DNA of 64,000 nt from an uncultured bacterium (GTDB lineage Bacteria; Verrucomicrobiota; Verrucomicrobiia; Limisphaerales; UBA8199). The position numbers and the translations under genes were made by a program. This document shows positions 61,602 to 64,000 of this stretch, piece by piece. The stretch's first letter is position 1. Each line of letters opens with the position of its first letter. The notes under the pieces are model-generated. The model ran no database searches and was not told the origin of the DNA. It saw only the letters and a program-made list of their open reading frames with translations. The stretch spans positions 64,001-128,000 of the forward strand of contig CAVVMW010000029.1 of NCBI GenBank assembly GCA_963749495.1, in the 5' to 3' direction.

Positions 61602-61956
61602 GGGCAACCGCGGAATACGCCCGTCCTCCGCAGTAGCTCTGCTACGGAGGGTGGACGGAATACGCGGAAAACAAAGCCGCTCAGCGATCCGGGGGGGCTG
61701 GCCAGCCTTGGGGCAGCCCCATTTCATTGCGGTTGCATCCGCATAGATACAATCCCGGAAGGGAAGAAACAACGCCTGCCTTGGTCTCTTCAACGGAGGT
61801 TACTTTTTTGTCCGGCACCTGACCCCCACGATTCATCAGATGGTACACGGCACCCGGAAACTGAATGCGCAGTTGGCGCGGCAGGGTCCCATTGTGGCTG
61901 CCCCGCCCGTGCTGTCAATCGAAAATGCACAACGTAAGGGCTTGACCCCTTTCCCG

Positions 61957-62116
61957 CGGAAGATGTCCTAGCGTTCGTTGCCGCGGGCGGTGACGTGATA
62001 GCGCCCGCCCGTCCGTTCGATGCGCAACGCGCCTGCCATGGGCCAATGGAATCATCCCGGAATCCCGGCGTCAAGCGCCAATTGTCCAAATGACAAGACA
62101 TGACCCCAATGGTTTT
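61957..62116 (-). mobile_element. Partial RAYT element end, a 160-bp direct repeat of 63626-63785
   Basis: MARALRIERTGGRYHVTARGNER*DIF plus the terminal repeat at 62081-62112. Confidence 0.85.
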
Positions 62117-62137
62117 CGGGGCGAGTCACTCGACTGC

Positions 62138-62902
62138 TTAATCATTCGCTCGGTTGGTCCACATGCCGAGGGTGGATTTCTTGACGGTTTGGGCGTGGCC
62201 GTCGCAGAAGCTGGCGTTGAAGCCGTCGCTGTGGCGCTTGGCAATGTGGCCCGTGGTCGGGTTGTTCTTGTCCGGGCTGTCGCCCAGGAAGGCCGGACCG
62301 AAACCGGCATTGTACCAGGCATCAGTCTCCTCGAGCCGCCAGATTTCGAAGACGTTCGTGCTGCCGTCGCAGATGGCAATGGTTCCGACGGTGTCCTGGA
62401 TCTCATTCATGGAGCGGCTGGGGTTGTTCCAGTTATTGATGAAGGGTCCATTGGCGTTCACCCAAAACGGTTTTCCGCTCGAGGCATAAGCGCCATCCTG
62501 GGCGTTGCAGAGGTAATCCTTGATCAACGGGTTGGGCGTGCCCGGCGGACGGAGGTCGGTCCATTCCGCGTGGGGCCAGGCGCTGGGGCAACTATAGACT
62601 GCCTCGCTATTGATGTACGGCCGGCACTCGTCCTGCCACCAGAACAGCTCCTGCTGGCCTGGCCAGGTATAGGCATAGCCGTAAGGGAGGTAATTCTTAA
62701 AGTCGCTCGCGTACATCGTTACGGCCAGGCCAATCTGCCTCATGTTCGAGAAACAAACCGTCTGCTTGCCTTTGGCTTTGGCCCTGGCCAGCGCCGGCAA
62801 CAGCATTCCGGCCAGGATGGCAATGATGGCGATCACGACCAGCAGCTCAATCAGGGTGAAGGCGAGACAGCGGCGTTCCCATTTCATGAGACGATCTTGC
62901 AC
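62138..62902 (-). CDS. Prepilin-type N-methylation / H-X9-DG domain protein
   Basis: [40 protein letters not shown]. Confidence 0.92.
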   Translation of the reverse strand: MQDRLMKWERRCLAFTLIELLVVIAIIAILAGMLLPALARAKAKGKQTVCFSNMRQIGLAVTMYASDFKNYLPYGYAYTWPGQQELFWWQDECRPYINSEAVYSCPSAWPHAEWTDLRPPGTPNPLIKDYLCNAQDGAYASSGKPFWVNANGPFINNWNNPSRSMNEIQDTVGTIAICDGSTNVFEIWRLEETDAWYNAGFGPAFLGDSPDKNNPTTGHIAKRHSDGFNASFCDGHAQTVKKSTLGMWTNRAND

Positions 62903-63033
62903 GTGCCGAAGTCAGGGGTCAAGCGGCAAGTGCCATTCAGTCTTCCCCCCCATCCTCTGGCGAATACTCCCCGAACGCGTGCCCAATCCAGCGTATCCGT
63001 GCAACCCAAACCCATTGGGGTCACAACCCAAAC

Positions 63034-63781
63034 CCATTGGGGTCATCTCTTGTCATTTGGACAATCGGTGCCGGATTGCGGTTATTTCTTCTCGCAGGCG
63101 GGGATCGGCTTTGAGGCGCCGGCCAAAGCGGGCGAGGGCTTTGCTTACTAGGGCGTAGTCCAAACCGCCAGTTGACTTGCCCAGCTCGGCTAAATGGAAA
63201 CGCGTGGTTCGCCGCCCCAGCCACAGCGCCGCGTCGCGGCCCCAGTCGCCATGCCGCTCGGCGAAGCTGTTCCAGCTTTCGCCCTTGGCTCGCTCCAAGG
63301 CGGAGAGGATCGTCGGCCAGGCCGACGCCTCGGGCGCGCTCCGGAGCGATGCTTGCTCAGGCGGGTTGCCGCGGGCTTCGCCCCTGAATAGCTGCGCGAA
63401 AGCCTCGCTCCCCAGCGGCAGGCCGCCCACCACGCGCGCCCAAGCTGGCTCGACGCCGCCCTGGAGCAGCGCCCCTTCAGTGTTAGTTCCGAATCGCCGC
63501 GCACCGCTCCTGGGGACTGTTGCCGCCACATAACCGGGCCTGCGGCTGGCGCCAGACCCACGCCAGCGGCGGGCGGTAGCCGGCGTAACCGGGATACGAC
63601 AAAATGGAAATGGTCTGCGTCATCACGGAAGATGTCCTGGCGTTCACTGCCGCGGGCGGTGACGTGATACCGCCCGCCCGTCCGTTCGATGCGCAACGGG
63701 CGTGCCATGGGCCAATGGAATCATCCCGGAATCCCGGCGTCAAGTGCCAATTGTCCAAATGACAAGACATGACCCCAATGG
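63034..63781 (-). mobile_element. Internally deleted RAYT-derived element with 32-bp terminal inverted repeats
   Basis: CCATTGGGGTCATCTCTTGTCATTTGGACAAT (63034-63065) vs reverse complement of 63750-63781 (31/32); MARPLRIERTGGRYHVTARGSERQDIFRDD and C-terminal LGSEAF..RDAALWL..LAELG..DYALVSKA. Confidence 0.85.
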
Positions 63782-63836
63782 TTTTACCCAATGGTTTTTC
63801 TTGCGCGCAAACGCTCTACGCTGCTATACAGCCCCC

Positions 63837-64000
63837 ATGGCATTGGATGCGGCAGTCCCGGTGCGGTTCTCCGCCGACGCGACGCGGCGCCTCAACGCGA
63901 TCAGCCAGCGCAGCGGCATGCCCGTCGCGCAACTGATCCGTATGGCTACCGAGACGTGGCTGGCCGAGGCTGAACGAAAAGGCGAGATCACCGTTCCCCT
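63837..64000 (+). CDS. Ribbon-helix-helix (CopG-like) protein, runs off the window
   Basis: MALDAAVPVRFSADATRRLNAISQRSGMPVAQLIRMATETWL. Confidence 0.65.
   Translation, partial: MALDAAVPVRFSADATRRLNAISQRSGMPVAQLIRMATETWLAEAERKGEITVP

Larger units (their letters stand above)
60590..61813 (+). mobile_element. TIR-bounded GxxExxY cassette (internally deleted) hosting intron copy 2
   Basis: TIRs GGACAAAATAGTAACC (60590-60605) and GGTTACTTTTTTGTCC (61798-61813), 15/16 match. Confidence 0.75.

Overview
GC-rich bacterial window. The gene content (prepilin/H-X9-DG proteins, Ig-repeat surface proteins, large CAZymes) suggests Verrucomicrobiota; this is an inference. Many genes, including hemE and hemG, carry single-base frameshifts that look like long-read indel errors. 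Core genes are ribF-truB, hemE-hemN-hemG-hemH, a divergent leuB paralogue, sugar and amine catabolic enzymes, a RACo-type protein, feoA and a BlaI/BlaR1 pair. Between them lie an MmeI-like RM enzyme, TA modules, an HNH nuclease, three IS elements and a dense set of non-coding repeats. The main discovery is two near-identical 799-bp ORF-less group II intron-like RNAs (44941-45739 and 60645-61443) with a non-canonical 5' end (UCGCA). Both sit at the same nucleotide of a 9-bp GCGTATTCC-type repeat (TT[C/T]CGC|GGTT), and an empty allele of that site lies at 14299/14300. The repeat belongs to a TIR-bounded cassette carrying GxxExxY nuclease-like gene remnants, seen here in three partial copies. This gives a nested arrangement: intron within repeat within GxxExxY cassette, next to RAYT-derived elements.
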